A stretch of 64,000 bases of DNA. Origin: Candidatus Hydrogenedentota bacterium (GTDB lineage: Bacteria; Hydrogenedentota; Hydrogenedentia; Hydrogenedentales; SLHB01). A program made the translations under genes and the position numbers. The notes beneath the pieces are model-generated. The model did no database searches, had not been told where the DNA came from, and was given only the letters and a program-made list of their open reading frames with translations. How positions within the stretch are numbered: the first letter of the stretch is position 1; each line of letters starts with the position of its first letter. The stretch is from the NCBI GenBank assembly GCA_045863335.1, contig BTVY01000011.1, forward strand, positions 61,627-125,626, in the 5' to 3' direction. Positions 56,601 through 64,000 of this stretch are shown in pieces.

Positions 56601-56714
56601 GGGTTCTTCTTCCGAGGCAAGTCAACGCAGATCGAGCAGTCAAGCCTGCTTATCTTCGTGACCGTCGACATCATCGATCCGACGGGAGCGCGCTTCTTCG
56701 AAGCCGCGGCCTAA
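53628..56714 (+). CDS. pilQ: Pilus secretin with TPR repeats and Gly-rich inserts (1028 aa)
   Basis: GGAGG RBS; signal peptide; TPRs (ALALDPNH, ILLIDPGN); QVSIESKFV, LLSAPRVTT, GITLSVTPQI, VPYLSEIPVLGFFF, LLIFVT. Confidence 0.85.
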   Translation: MSNWLPRSTTAHSLIVALLVALLAPLTPVAGAQESGASASVDAASTAGESAAPEGISEADKFYREGLSLYSRDMYREALNAFNRALALDPNHENAQKMVVKCEGKIQMAAAGESPSTVESFNVIDPEAIQSETEGGVPETAEDLKYTRTKELMLEGQFYLENGKYNKAQEYFEQILLIDPGNKTATRLLAEATVGAYKEEIRDDWQQLEIDRQRIRTGIEKSKLLPEGADDKGIKEPQISVPVEEEEYAVEREKTDVEMALDSPVSIEFDDEHITRITEFIAEYVGINIVVDARVVLPPRQAAPATTGVPGQPTPFPGALPPGAGTGAPGGLPPGALPTPGAPGLQPGGIGTINQAQGLQVQPQTTATGEEVTDGYVPYIKLEDVPLSDALKALLRPLNLSYSVQPGFLWISTAEKIRTESFEELETRIYELRNAGAETLFKIVIRNPGGQGASNFGIGGGGGGNFGGGGGNFGGGNFGGGNFGGGNFGGGGGNFGGGNFGGGGGNFGGGGGNFGGGGNFGGGGNFGGGGNFGGGGNFGGGGGNFGGGGGGFGGGGGAQFSNISDLFGSISDLAVGETPAVIGLSTSGTGLTTGSLGGGQLGGGQLGGTAGGRRGGAAGTGSQFGGTTGGGLQSGQGGLQGTEGLGGAAGLGGFQGQAEVLTILENAIPPVIEPYTGEVLSWMVYNPAINQLLVHSTPTYLETLEELISNLDVTPKQVSIESKFVTISVTDLDKIGFSWDLTLSDQNSRPRQIEDLADATRSYDVDGDGALEDIPFYSKPDGSQVIDNTVVSSIIEAVANPGPAGTSSITGTILNNADGDTLSVTMDYLNSLTDTELLSAPRVTTMNRKPAVIADILTQTFNTQVISTLQTSDAGFGGTPTTSAQQQLLFTQFFFGITLSVTPQITGGNQVRLWLNPQVTTQQGEDRFVQRSIIDGDTLEAEIAFPRTSVQSIWTNVIVRDGDTLVLGGLITDRTTKGQERVPYLSEIPVLGFFFRGKSTQIEQSSLLIFVTVDIIDPTGARFFEAAA
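54990..55299 (+). repeat. Coding tandem repeat (GGC GGA GGC [GGC]n AAC TTC) encoding about 15 G3-6NF units
   Basis: Directly visible 15/18/21-bp units within the secretin gene. Confidence 0.95.
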
Positions 56715-56735
56715 TCATCGAATCCGTATCTCAAC

Positions 56736-56774
56736 ACGGGCGGCCCGAATAAACACGGGCCGCCCGTTCCTTTC
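56736..56774 (+). terminator. Rho-independent terminator-like hairpin after the secretin
   Basis: ACGGGCGGCCCG-N8-CGGGCCGCCCGT 12-bp stem followed by TCCTTTC. Confidence 0.65.
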
Positions 56775-56779
56775 GTGAC

Positions 56780-58045
56780 ATGATCTACGCGATCTACGAT
56801 ATCGCTACGACACTTGCAGCGCCGCCCATCGCGGGGTGGCTGTTCGTGCATCCCTCCTTGCGGCCGTTGTTGGGCCGATTCCGGCCGCAGGTCTCCAATG
56901 CTCCAGACCGCCCGGTCTGTATTCAGGCCTGCAGCGTCGGCGAGGTTGCTGTCACATGCGGGCTTGTCGCACAGACCCTGGATCGCTGGCCCACCGTACC
57001 CGTTGTGGTCACATCGTCCACGATCAATGGTCAACGCCGAATCGCCGAACTCCTGCCCCGGACTCCGGCTGCGTGGTTCCCTGTGGATCAACGCGCATCC
57101 GTGAATGGGTTTTACGAACGCCTGCGCCCTCGTGCGCTCATACTCGTGGAAACCGAGATCTGGCCTAACGCCATCCGTATCGCACGGCGTAGAGATATTC
57201 CGGTCCTGATTGTGAACGCCCGGATTAGCGACAAACACTACCCGCGCTATCAGCGTCTTCGACCGCTGCTGAAACCGGTCATGCGTCAACTCTCGGGCGT
57301 GGCCGCGCAGAACGATACCTACGCCGAGCGTTTCCGTGAGCTTGGAGTCCCCGCGGCGAGCGTCCGGGTTACGGGGAACATCAAATTCGACGGTTTGATC
57401 ACCGGATTCGATGCGGCCGATCAGCAATCGCTCCGCAAAAACGCGGCGCTCGACGGAGGGCAGCCCATCATCATCTTCGGCAGTACCCGCCCCGGGGATG
57501 AGGAATTGGCCGCGAGAACCTGGGCGACGATTCGCGCGAAGTATCCAACCGCGCAACTCGTCGTGGCGCCCCGCCACACCGAACGCGCCGGAGATATCGC
57601 CAGAGTTTTTGACGAGCCCGTGCGTTTCCGGTCGCAGCGACCCCCAACCGGCCCTGACTCGCGAGTCTTGATTGTCGATACCGTGGGCGAACTTGTTTCG
57701 TTCTATGCGCTCGCTGACGTTGCGGTTGTGGGAGGCAGCTTCTATCCCGGAGTGAACGGCCACAATCCACTGGAACCCGCGGCTTTGGGTGTACCCACCG
57801 TATTTGGGCCGTACATGCGCAACTTCATGGACCCGGCGGAAGCACTTCTGCGATACGGCGGGGCCCTGCAAGTGACGAAACCAGATGACCTCACCGCCGC
57901 GTTGCATGAGATCCTGGATTCTCCCGAGCGCACAAACAAGCTTGTTGCCGGGGCGCGGGAGGCGATCGCTGCCAACCGGGGCGCGACCGCGCGCACACTG
58001 GAGTTCATCGAACCGTTTATCCACGAGAGTGCGCCCCATGAATGA
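56780..58045 (+). CDS. waaA: 3-deoxy-D-manno-octulosonic acid (Kdo) transferase
   Basis: ACSVGE, LVETEIWPN, NARISD, TGNIKFD, GSTR, APRH.ER, DTVGEL, GGS, GHNPLEPA, FGP. Confidence 0.95.
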   Translation: MIYAIYDIATTLAAPPIAGWLFVHPSLRPLLGRFRPQVSNAPDRPVCIQACSVGEVAVTCGLVAQTLDRWPTVPVVVTSSTINGQRRIAELLPRTPAAWFPVDQRASVNGFYERLRPRALILVETEIWPNAIRIARRRDIPVLIVNARISDKHYPRYQRLRPLLKPVMRQLSGVAAQNDTYAERFRELGVPAASVRVTGNIKFDGLITGFDAADQQSLRKNAALDGGQPIIIFGSTRPGDEELAARTWATIRAKYPTAQLVVAPRHTERAGDIARVFDEPVRFRSQRPPTGPDSRVLIVDTVGELVSFYALADVAVVGGSFYPGVNGHNPLEPAALGVPTVFGPYMRNFMDPAEALLRYGGALQVTKPDDLTAALHEILDSPERTNKLVAGAREAIAANRGATARTLEFIEPFIHESAPHE

Positions 58046-59084
58046 GTGGTTTGGGCTGTTGGGTATTGTCATCGCAAGCGCGTCGATACTCGCATTACGC
58101 CAACCCCTTGTCGCGATACTCGACAGCGTGCTTGAATGGCTTGATAATCGATTCGAGCGCCAGGTTTGGCGTCGTCAAAGCGACACGACCATGGCCGTCA
58201 CCCTGCTGTTTCCCGGCTTGGGAATCCTCGCTGTGTTCGGCTTCGCTCCCCTCATTTATGCGCTATATATCAGTCTCTTCGACACCCGGGCAGGCGCCTT
58301 TGCCGGCCATGGAAACTACATCCGGGCTTGGCATGATCCCGAGTTTTGGGGCGGCATTCGGGTCACCATCTACTACGCCATCGGCACCATTCCGGCAACC
58401 CTGATCCTGAGTTTTGCAGTCGCATGGTTATTGTTCCGAATCGGCCGGGGCCGCGGTTTCTTCCGTACGGTCTACTTCCTGCCTTATGTAACATCAGCCG
58501 TCGCAGCAGCCACCGTATGGCGCGTCTTGCTTCGGCCCCACTCGGGCTACGCAAACGCGCTGATGGAAGCGCTCGGGCTTCCCGCGCAACTCTGGCTCAT
58601 TGAGCAGCGCGGCGTTCTGCATTTGCTTACCAACGGCTGGATTGGGCCGGAGGTAGGTCCCAGTCTGGCTCTCGTTTGCATTATCGCCTTCGACATCTGG
58701 CATGCGAGCGGGTTTGGCGTTGTTATCTTCCTGGCCGGCTTGACGGCGATTCCGCGGGAGCTGGAGGAGGCGGCCATCGTAGACGGGGCCCGGCCCTGGC
58801 AGGTCATGACGCGGGTGGTGCTCCCGCTCCTGTCGCCCACCGTGTTCTTCCTCGCGATCGTGAGTGCGATTAAGGCCTTTCAAGCCTTCAACAGCTTCTA
58901 CGCCCTCACCAACACGGCCCGCAGCACGGACACCCAGAACCTCGTCATCTACATCTACTCGCAACTCTACGAAAGCCAGAACTACGGCTACGGAGCGACC
59001 GTCGCCGTGTGTCTTTGTGTGGCAATCGTCGGGTTAACGCTGGTTCAGTGGCGGGTTCTCGGACGATGGGTTCACTACGAATGA
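58038..59084 (+). CDS. Carbohydrate ABC transporter permease (MalF/UgpA-like)
   Basis: FFRTVYFLPYV; LAGL..IP.ELEEAA.VDGA (EAA loop); LPLLSPT. Confidence 0.92.
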   Translation: MNEWFGLLGIVIASASILALRQPLVAILDSVLEWLDNRFERQVWRRQSDTTMAVTLLFPGLGILAVFGFAPLIYALYISLFDTRAGAFAGHGNYIRAWHDPEFWGGIRVTIYYAIGTIPATLILSFAVAWLLFRIGRGRGFFRTVYFLPYVTSAVAAATVWRVLLRPHSGYANALMEALGLPAQLWLIEQRGVLHLLTNGWIGPEVGPSLALVCIIAFDIWHASGFGVVIFLAGLTAIPRELEEAAIVDGARPWQVMTRVVLPLLSPTVFFLAIVSAIKAFQAFNSFYALTNTARSTDTQNLVIYIYSQLYESQNYGYGATVAVCLCVAIVGLTLVQWRVLGRWVHYE

Positions 59085-59893
59085 GGCGGCACGCGGTTGC
59101 ATACGGTCTTCTCAGCGCGGGCGCGCTCCTCACCGTGTTTCCGTTCGTATGGATGGTCGTGACCGCGTTCAAGCCGGATTCCGAAGCCGGTGCGATGACC
59201 CTCGACCTTTGGCCGAGCGCATGGCAGTGGGAGAATGTCACACGTACCTTTCAGGTTGCGCCATTCGCTCTTTACTTCTACAACACCTTTGCCGTAGCCA
59301 TTACCGTGACCCTTTCCGTCGTCGCGACATCGCTTTTGGCGGGCTACGCCTTTGCCAACCTGCGATTTGCTGCCAAGAATGTCCTCTTTTTGCTCGTACT
59401 TGCGACGATGATGATTCCTTTCGAGGTTGCCTTGATCCCCAATTTCCTCATCATACGCGGTCTCGGTTGGTACAATACCTACGCGGCGCTCATCATCCCG
59501 TGGTGCGCAAACGCTTTCTCCATTTTCCTCGTTCGGCAAGCGTTTCTAGGCCTGCCAAAGGACTATTTCGACGCCGCCCGGATCGACGGATGCGGCCACC
59601 TCCGGTTTTTGCTGCGCGTTGCCGTGCCGCTGGTAAAGCCCACACTTGTAACCGTTGCGCTCTTCGCGTTTCTTGGAAGCTACAACGCGCTCATGTGGCC
59701 CATCATCGTCACGAGCGACAAAGACATGCGGGTCGTTCAATACGGGCTGACCGTGTTCTGGGGTGAAGGAGGCGTGCGCGTCAACCTCCTCATGTGTGCG
59801 TCCGCCATTGTCATCCTTCCCACTGTGGCGATATACTTCGCAGCACAACGGTATTTCCTTGAAAGTTCGCTCAGCGCGGGAATCAAAGGGTAA
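59081..59893 (+). CDS. Carbohydrate ABC transporter permease (MalG/UgpE-like)
   Basis: PFVWMV.TAFK; AGYAFA; TMMIP; LPKDYFDAARIDG; ATGA overlap. Confidence 0.92.
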   Translation: MRRHAVAYGLLSAGALLTVFPFVWMVVTAFKPDSEAGAMTLDLWPSAWQWENVTRTFQVAPFALYFYNTFAVAITVTLSVVATSLLAGYAFANLRFAAKNVLFLLVLATMMIPFEVALIPNFLIIRGLGWYNTYAALIIPWCANAFSIFLVRQAFLGLPKDYFDAARIDGCGHLRFLLRVAVPLVKPTLVTVALFAFLGSYNALMWPIIVTSDKDMRVVQYGLTVFWGEGGVRVNLLMCASAIVILPTVAIYFAAQRYFLESSLSAGIKG

Positions 59894-59939
59894 ATCCATC
59901 GCTGGCTATCCGTACGGACCACACCAGGAAAATTTCCGC

Positions 59940-61253
59940 ATGTACCGAAAGCTCGCAGGTTTCACTCTTTTAGCGGTCGTGATTACAGGCTGCGGCGTTC
60001 CAGGCGGCCCGCCCGATACGCAGGGTACGGAGGGAACCGGTTTTCGGCCCGTCGACGCGAACGCCGCGCTGCTGTGGGATCGCCAGACCCTCGAGACCGC
60101 CGAGCTGATCGGGCAGATTGCGGATGAGTTCAATTCGTCCCGCAACGGAATGCCCGTCAAAGTAGAGCATCTCGGCGGTTACACGGATATTAACCGGAAA
60201 GTCTCCGTGAGCATTCAAGCCCGCACTTTGCCCGCTATGGCCGTGGGATACGAAAGCATGACCAGCGAATACGCCAGGGCGAGGGCAGTCGTTCCTCTGG
60301 ACCCCTACATCGAGGATCCCGAAATCGGCATGTCCGAGGAAGATCTCGCAGATTTCTTCCCCGGCATGCTCCAGTCCAACATCTACCCCCAGTTGGACGG
60401 CGGCATGTACTCCTTCCCATTCACCAAGAGCGTCTTGATGATGTACTTCAACAAACGCGTCCTTCGCGCTGCGGGAATCGAGTCGCCGCCGAAAACCTGG
60501 GACGAGTTTCTCGCGCAATGCCGGCAGATTAAAGAGCGCACCGGCGTCAGTGCCTACGCGGTGGATATCGATTGCTCCACCCTCGACGGAATGATCTACA
60601 GCATGGGGGGCGAACTCGTACGAGACACGGAATCCCTGTTTGACCAACCGCCCACCATCAGGCTCTTCGAACTCCTTGCAACCCTCGCGAAAGAAGACTT
60701 AGCCTATCGAATTCAACCCGGCACCTACGATGATCGGGAAGAATTCGCCCGTGACCGCGCGGCGTTTTTCTTCCGATCCAGCAGTCACCGTCCCTATACG
60801 GCAGCCTTATTCGGCGCAAACACCGATGACTGGGGCATGGCCATGATTCCTCAAGGAAATCCGGAGACGCCCGTGACCGTCTTGTACGGCGGAAACATCT
60901 GCGTGTTTCGGACCACCCAGGAGCACGAACGTACTGCCTGGGAGTTCATAAAGCACTTCACTTCCCCCGAGATTTCGGTTCGTTGGGCGTTGGGTAGCGG
61001 CTACCTCCCCATCCGGAAATCAGCAGCGTCGCACCCTGATATGCAGGCCTTCTTCAAGCAGTGGGAATTCAACCGGGCCGCCTTCGACTGCCTGCCGTAC
61101 GCCCGACCGGAACCAAACCTTGTGGGCTGGCAGGAAGTCAGAACCCTGGTCGAGCGCGCCGCGGCAGAAGTCATGAACGGTTTGAAGGAACCGGCTCAGG
61201 CGGCCGACGCGTTGAAACGCCAAGCGGACGCTGCAATCGCCGCAGCGCGGTAG
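59940..61253 (+). CDS. ABC transporter substrate-binding lipoprotein (UgpB-like)
   Basis: Lipobox ITG|C; YSFPF.KS..MYFNK; PKTWDE; AWEFIK; SGYLPIRKSA. Confidence 0.9.
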   Translation: MYRKLAGFTLLAVVITGCGVPGGPPDTQGTEGTGFRPVDANAALLWDRQTLETAELIGQIADEFNSSRNGMPVKVEHLGGYTDINRKVSVSIQARTLPAMAVGYESMTSEYARARAVVPLDPYIEDPEIGMSEEDLADFFPGMLQSNIYPQLDGGMYSFPFTKSVLMMYFNKRVLRAAGIESPPKTWDEFLAQCRQIKERTGVSAYAVDIDCSTLDGMIYSMGGELVRDTESLFDQPPTIRLFELLATLAKEDLAYRIQPGTYDDREEFARDRAAFFFRSSSHRPYTAALFGANTDDWGMAMIPQGNPETPVTVLYGGNICVFRTTQEHERTAWEFIKHFTSPEISVRWALGSGYLPIRKSAASHPDMQAFFKQWEFNRAAFDCLPYARPEPNLVGWQEVRTLVERAAAEVMNGLKEPAQAADALKRQADAAIAAAR

Positions 61254-61273
61254 CGCATGCGGTTCGGTCAAAC

Positions 61274-61519
61274 CTACTCGGTGGATTCGCCGCCCGGGCC
61301 ATCGTGCTCGGCACTGAATTCCTCCAGGGCCTCCTCGATCTGGAGTTTGGTCTCCCGTTCGAGAATATCGTGGTCCGTCTTCCGCCGTTTCAGCGTTCGT
61401 CGATCGTGATGGGTGAAGACCGTGCCACCCCCTTTTCTGCGTTCCGGGCTCCTTCGGCGGTCTTTCTGCCATTTACCGGACTTGTCTTTGTAATATCCCG
61501 GACGGTGTTCTTCGCTCAC
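61274..61519 (-). CDS. Small Arg-rich hypothetical protein with DRR/ERR repeats
   Basis: GGAG RBS before GTG 61519 (ATG 61531 is an alternative); DRRRSPERRK...DRRTLKRRKTD, acidic C-terminal helix. Confidence 0.65.
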   Translation of the reverse strand: MSEEHRPGYYKDKSGKWQKDRRRSPERRKGGGTVFTHHDRRTLKRRKTDHDILERETKLQIEEALEEFSAEHDGPGGESTE

Positions 61520-61605
61520 GATTCGCTCCATCTGCGTCGACGTTTCGTTGTTTCCCCCGCGCGTTGCGCGTCGGCAATGAGTATAAGTCGCGGCCGCGAA
61601 CCGCG

Positions 61606-62490
61606 TCAATCTGTCTGCACCGATCCCGCCGCGCTCTCATCCAGACTTCGATTCCGTTCGATGGCCTCCGGGCCGATGATGCCGGAAAGCCACAGCAGCA
61701 ACTGCCCGGAACTGGTCGACACGGCCTCCAATATCTCCGTGCCTTCGGCGGAACCTTGGTATTCGCGAACCTCGCAATGGCCCGGCGCGAGTGCCCTCAG
61801 CGACTCAGCCGTTGCCAGGCCATGGACGTCATCGGTTGATACCATCAGCAAAACCGGACGTGCCCCAAATGCTTGGAGCAATTCCTCAACTGCGATCCCA
61901 TCCAGACTCCGCTCGGGTGTCAGGAGAACCGCCGCTTGAATACCCGATTGCGGCCCCGCGTACTTCAACGCGAGATTGGCGCCCGATTCCGCGCCGATAA
62001 CCGCCAGGTTGTCCGGATCCGCGCCATTCTGTAGCAATGCAAGGCGCGCCGCCTCCAGATCGAGCAGTGCACCTGCCCCATTCATGTCCACCGAGCCCGC
62101 TACCATGTTGGTGCTCTCGCCGTATCCCCGGCGGTCAAAGGCCAGCACGTGGTACCCCTCGCGCTGCGCCTTGCGTGCGAAGGATTCGAAACTCGCGCGC
62201 GTCTCGTCGTCACCGTGAACGAGTATCAGCCCCGGCGAACCTGCCTGGGAAGGAGCATAAGATGTTCCCACCAGGCGGACGCCATCTCGGGTCAGGAAGG
62301 AGAACTCCCGGGACGTCAGATGTTCCACCGCAGCCGGGCTGCCGCAACCGGGCAGAATCAGGAAGGTAACCAGCACAAAGAAAGGAGAGGACAAGCACGA
62401 TGCCCATCGACATGCGCTCGAACAGAAACGCAGGGGGCCGCCGCATCGCGACCCCCCTAATGCGCTCGAATCAACCGACGGCGAACACAC
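61606..62490 (-). CDS. Alpha/beta-hydrolase-fold lipoprotein, catalytic motifs degenerate (start uncertain, TTG 62394 possible)
   Basis: Lipobox LPG|C; TRDGVRL, LILVHG, AFDRRGYGES, VIGAESGANLA, GSAEGT. Confidence 0.8.
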   Translation of the reverse strand: MCSPSVDSSALGGSRCGGPLRFCSSACRWASCLSSPFFVLVTFLILPGCGSPAAVEHLTSREFSFLTRDGVRLVGTSYAPSQAGSPGLILVHGDDETRASFESFARKAQREGYHVLAFDRRGYGESTNMVAGSVDMNGAGALLDLEAARLALLQNGADPDNLAVIGAESGANLALKYAGPQSGIQAAVLLTPERSLDGIAVEELLQAFGARPVLLMVSTDDVHGLATAESLRALAPGHCEVREYQGSAEGTEILEAVSTSSGQLLLWLSGIIGPEAIERNRSLDESAAGSVQTD

Positions 62491-62797
62491 TCTGGAGCTT
62501 CATGGCAAGGCTCACGTCGCCCTTGATTTTCAGTTTTCCCGTGAGGAATGCCGTTTGACCGCTGAGCTGCCCGGACACGATCTTCATCCAGTCCTCGTCA
62601 CTGGCCGTCAACGTAATACTCGGATTCTCGGCCGTGCCCTTGGCAACCTCCGCCTTTCCGTCGGCGATTGCCACGTACCATTCGCCGCCGCCATCGCCGG
62701 TGATCGTGAACTGGTACGTCGCGTTCATCCCGCTGATCTTGGCGGGGTCGACTTTGCCCTGAAGCTCCGAAAAGAATCCTTCCACTGTGTCTGCCAT
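62471..62797 (-). CDS. SCP2 sterol/lipid-binding domain protein
   Basis: YQFTITGDGGGEWYV...AFLTGKLKIKGD..LAMKL; GGAGGTG RBS upstream. Confidence 0.92.
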   Translation of the reverse strand: MADTVEGFFSELQGKVDPAKISGMNATYQFTITGDGGGEWYVAIADGKAEVAKGTAENPSITLTASDEDWMKIVSGQLSGQTAFLTGKLKIKGDVSLAMKLQSVFAVG

Positions 62798-63886
62798 CGC
62801 TCTTTCTCACCTCCGAGTTTTGCGGCCAGGCGCCGCCCGACCTATCGTTGTTTCCTCGGCGGCCCGATTTGAAAGTTGCCGCCACGAACGATGAAATTGA
62901 TGCCCCGAATCTCACACCTTGTCGCCCGCCGCCGAAACCGTCAAGACATCTGGCGACGGAGGTTAATGTAGCATAGCGCCGTTGAGTCGTCAACGAATAC
63001 GGCATTCTCACATCGAGTGCGATCTGCGTTTCAGCAAGGAAATACGGGGCGATCCGTGATTGAAACGGTGCGCTGTGTTTCCTCGATCGCTGCACAATCT
63101 CGATGTCGATTTGCGTTGCGACGGAACGCCAGGTGTGGGCGAAGAGACGCGAGAGAACCGGTTGCGAATGGATCAAGAGGGCGTGCGAGGGCCCAAAAGT
63201 CCCGAAAAATTTCCGCCGATTCGAGAAAAAATGCTTGCTATTTTTTTAATTGTTTGATACACACATATGTAGACGCTGCATGACGATACGTGTTTGCAGC
63301 CGTCGAGAACAGTTGTAGCGGCAAGGAAATGATCGCAAACGCGGCGATCATGAATACAGTTGAAGAACGATCGGAACGTACCTGTGGCGCGGGCAACTTT
63401 AAACAAAACAGCGTACGATGCCCGGTTCGAGTCGACACGCAGTGGTCGCGTTTGAACGGATGCGCATCCCAATTCTCGCGGAGGGAGCACCTGACGTGCG
63501 ATCGGGCGGAACGGCAAACCGCTCACGCTTGCACCCTTCCAGTCTTCGGCTCTCATCCTAGTGGGGGAACTTAGCCGTCCAAACCTGTCCAATGTCGATT
63601 CGAAACCCGCATGTCCAGCTTGAGACATTAGGAGGTGTCCATGGCGGGCGCGGCACCGGAGTACGGTTCCGAAAGGCCTTGCGTTATAGTCAATGTTGCG
63701 GTAGTTCGTTGCACCCGAACACCGCGGCGATGCATCAGTTGAACCATCGCGAACGCGAGTTCGCTGGTTGAGCGTCCCACGGGCACCCGTGGGAACGGTC
63801 CTGATCTCGGGTGGCCACCTGTGGTGGCTGGATTGATGCCCGGCAGGGTCGGAGGAAAAGAGGCAGCTCGAAAGGAGGAATAAGGA

Positions 63887-64000
63887 ATGGCAGTGAAGAA
63901 AAAGGCGGCGAAGAAGAAGCCTGCGGCCAAGAAGAAGGTAGCGGCGAAGAAGCCGGCTGCGAAGAAGAAGGCAGCGGCGAAGAAGAAACCCGCTGCGAAG
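63887..64000 (+). CDS. Histone H1-like Lys/Ala/Pro-rich protein (3' truncated)
   Basis: AGGAGG and TAAGGA RBS; MAVKKKAAKKKPAAKKKVAAKKPAAKKKAAAKKKPAAK; absent from the ORF track because no stop lies in the window. Confidence 0.85.
   Translation, partial: MAVKKKAAKKKPAAKKKVAAKKPAAKKKAAAKKKPAAK

Noticed and set aside
58038-61253. ABC transporter lacking an ATPase gene
   Set aside because: Common for CUT1 sugar transporters that share an MsmX/MalK-type ATPase encoded elsewhere
63841-63870. Faint resemblance to the SRP RNA core (CAGG...GGAA...GCAGC)
   Set aside because: Spacing and pairing do not match the conserved helix 8 motif

Overview
GC-rich (roughly 60-65%) chromosomal window from a diderm, LPS-producing bacterium (waaA is present). 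The gene style suggests a PVC-like or Hydrogenedentota-like lineage, but this is inference only. About 45 kb is taken up by two adjacent, co-oriented type IV filament machines. The first is a type II secretion operon, gspC-D-E-F-G-H-I-J-K-L-M (11.6-24.0 kb). The second is a retractile pilus locus (24.6-56.7 kb): pilB-pilT-pilB-pilC, four prepilins, a giant 2194-aa GspK/PilX-like pilin, a 2111-aa beta-helix/IPT protein where PilY1 would normally sit, a PEGA/FGE lipoprotein, a PilM-PilN fusion, PilO- and PilP-like genes, and a secretin with a long Gly/Asn-Phe repeat insert. Upstream are a TPR-lytic transglycosylase and two secreted proteins carrying CFI-box-CTERM-like sorting domains. The second of these is a zinc-less matrixin-like pseudoprotease with an internal CFI-box and a second signal peptide, i.e. 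an apparent polyprotein. Downstream are waaA, a sugar ABC transporter lacking its ATPase, a catalytically degenerate alpha/beta-hydrolase lipoprotein, an SCP2 protein and the start of a histone H1-like gene. No rRNA, tRNA, CRISPR array or transposase was recognised. All family assignments come from motif reading by eye, not from database searches.
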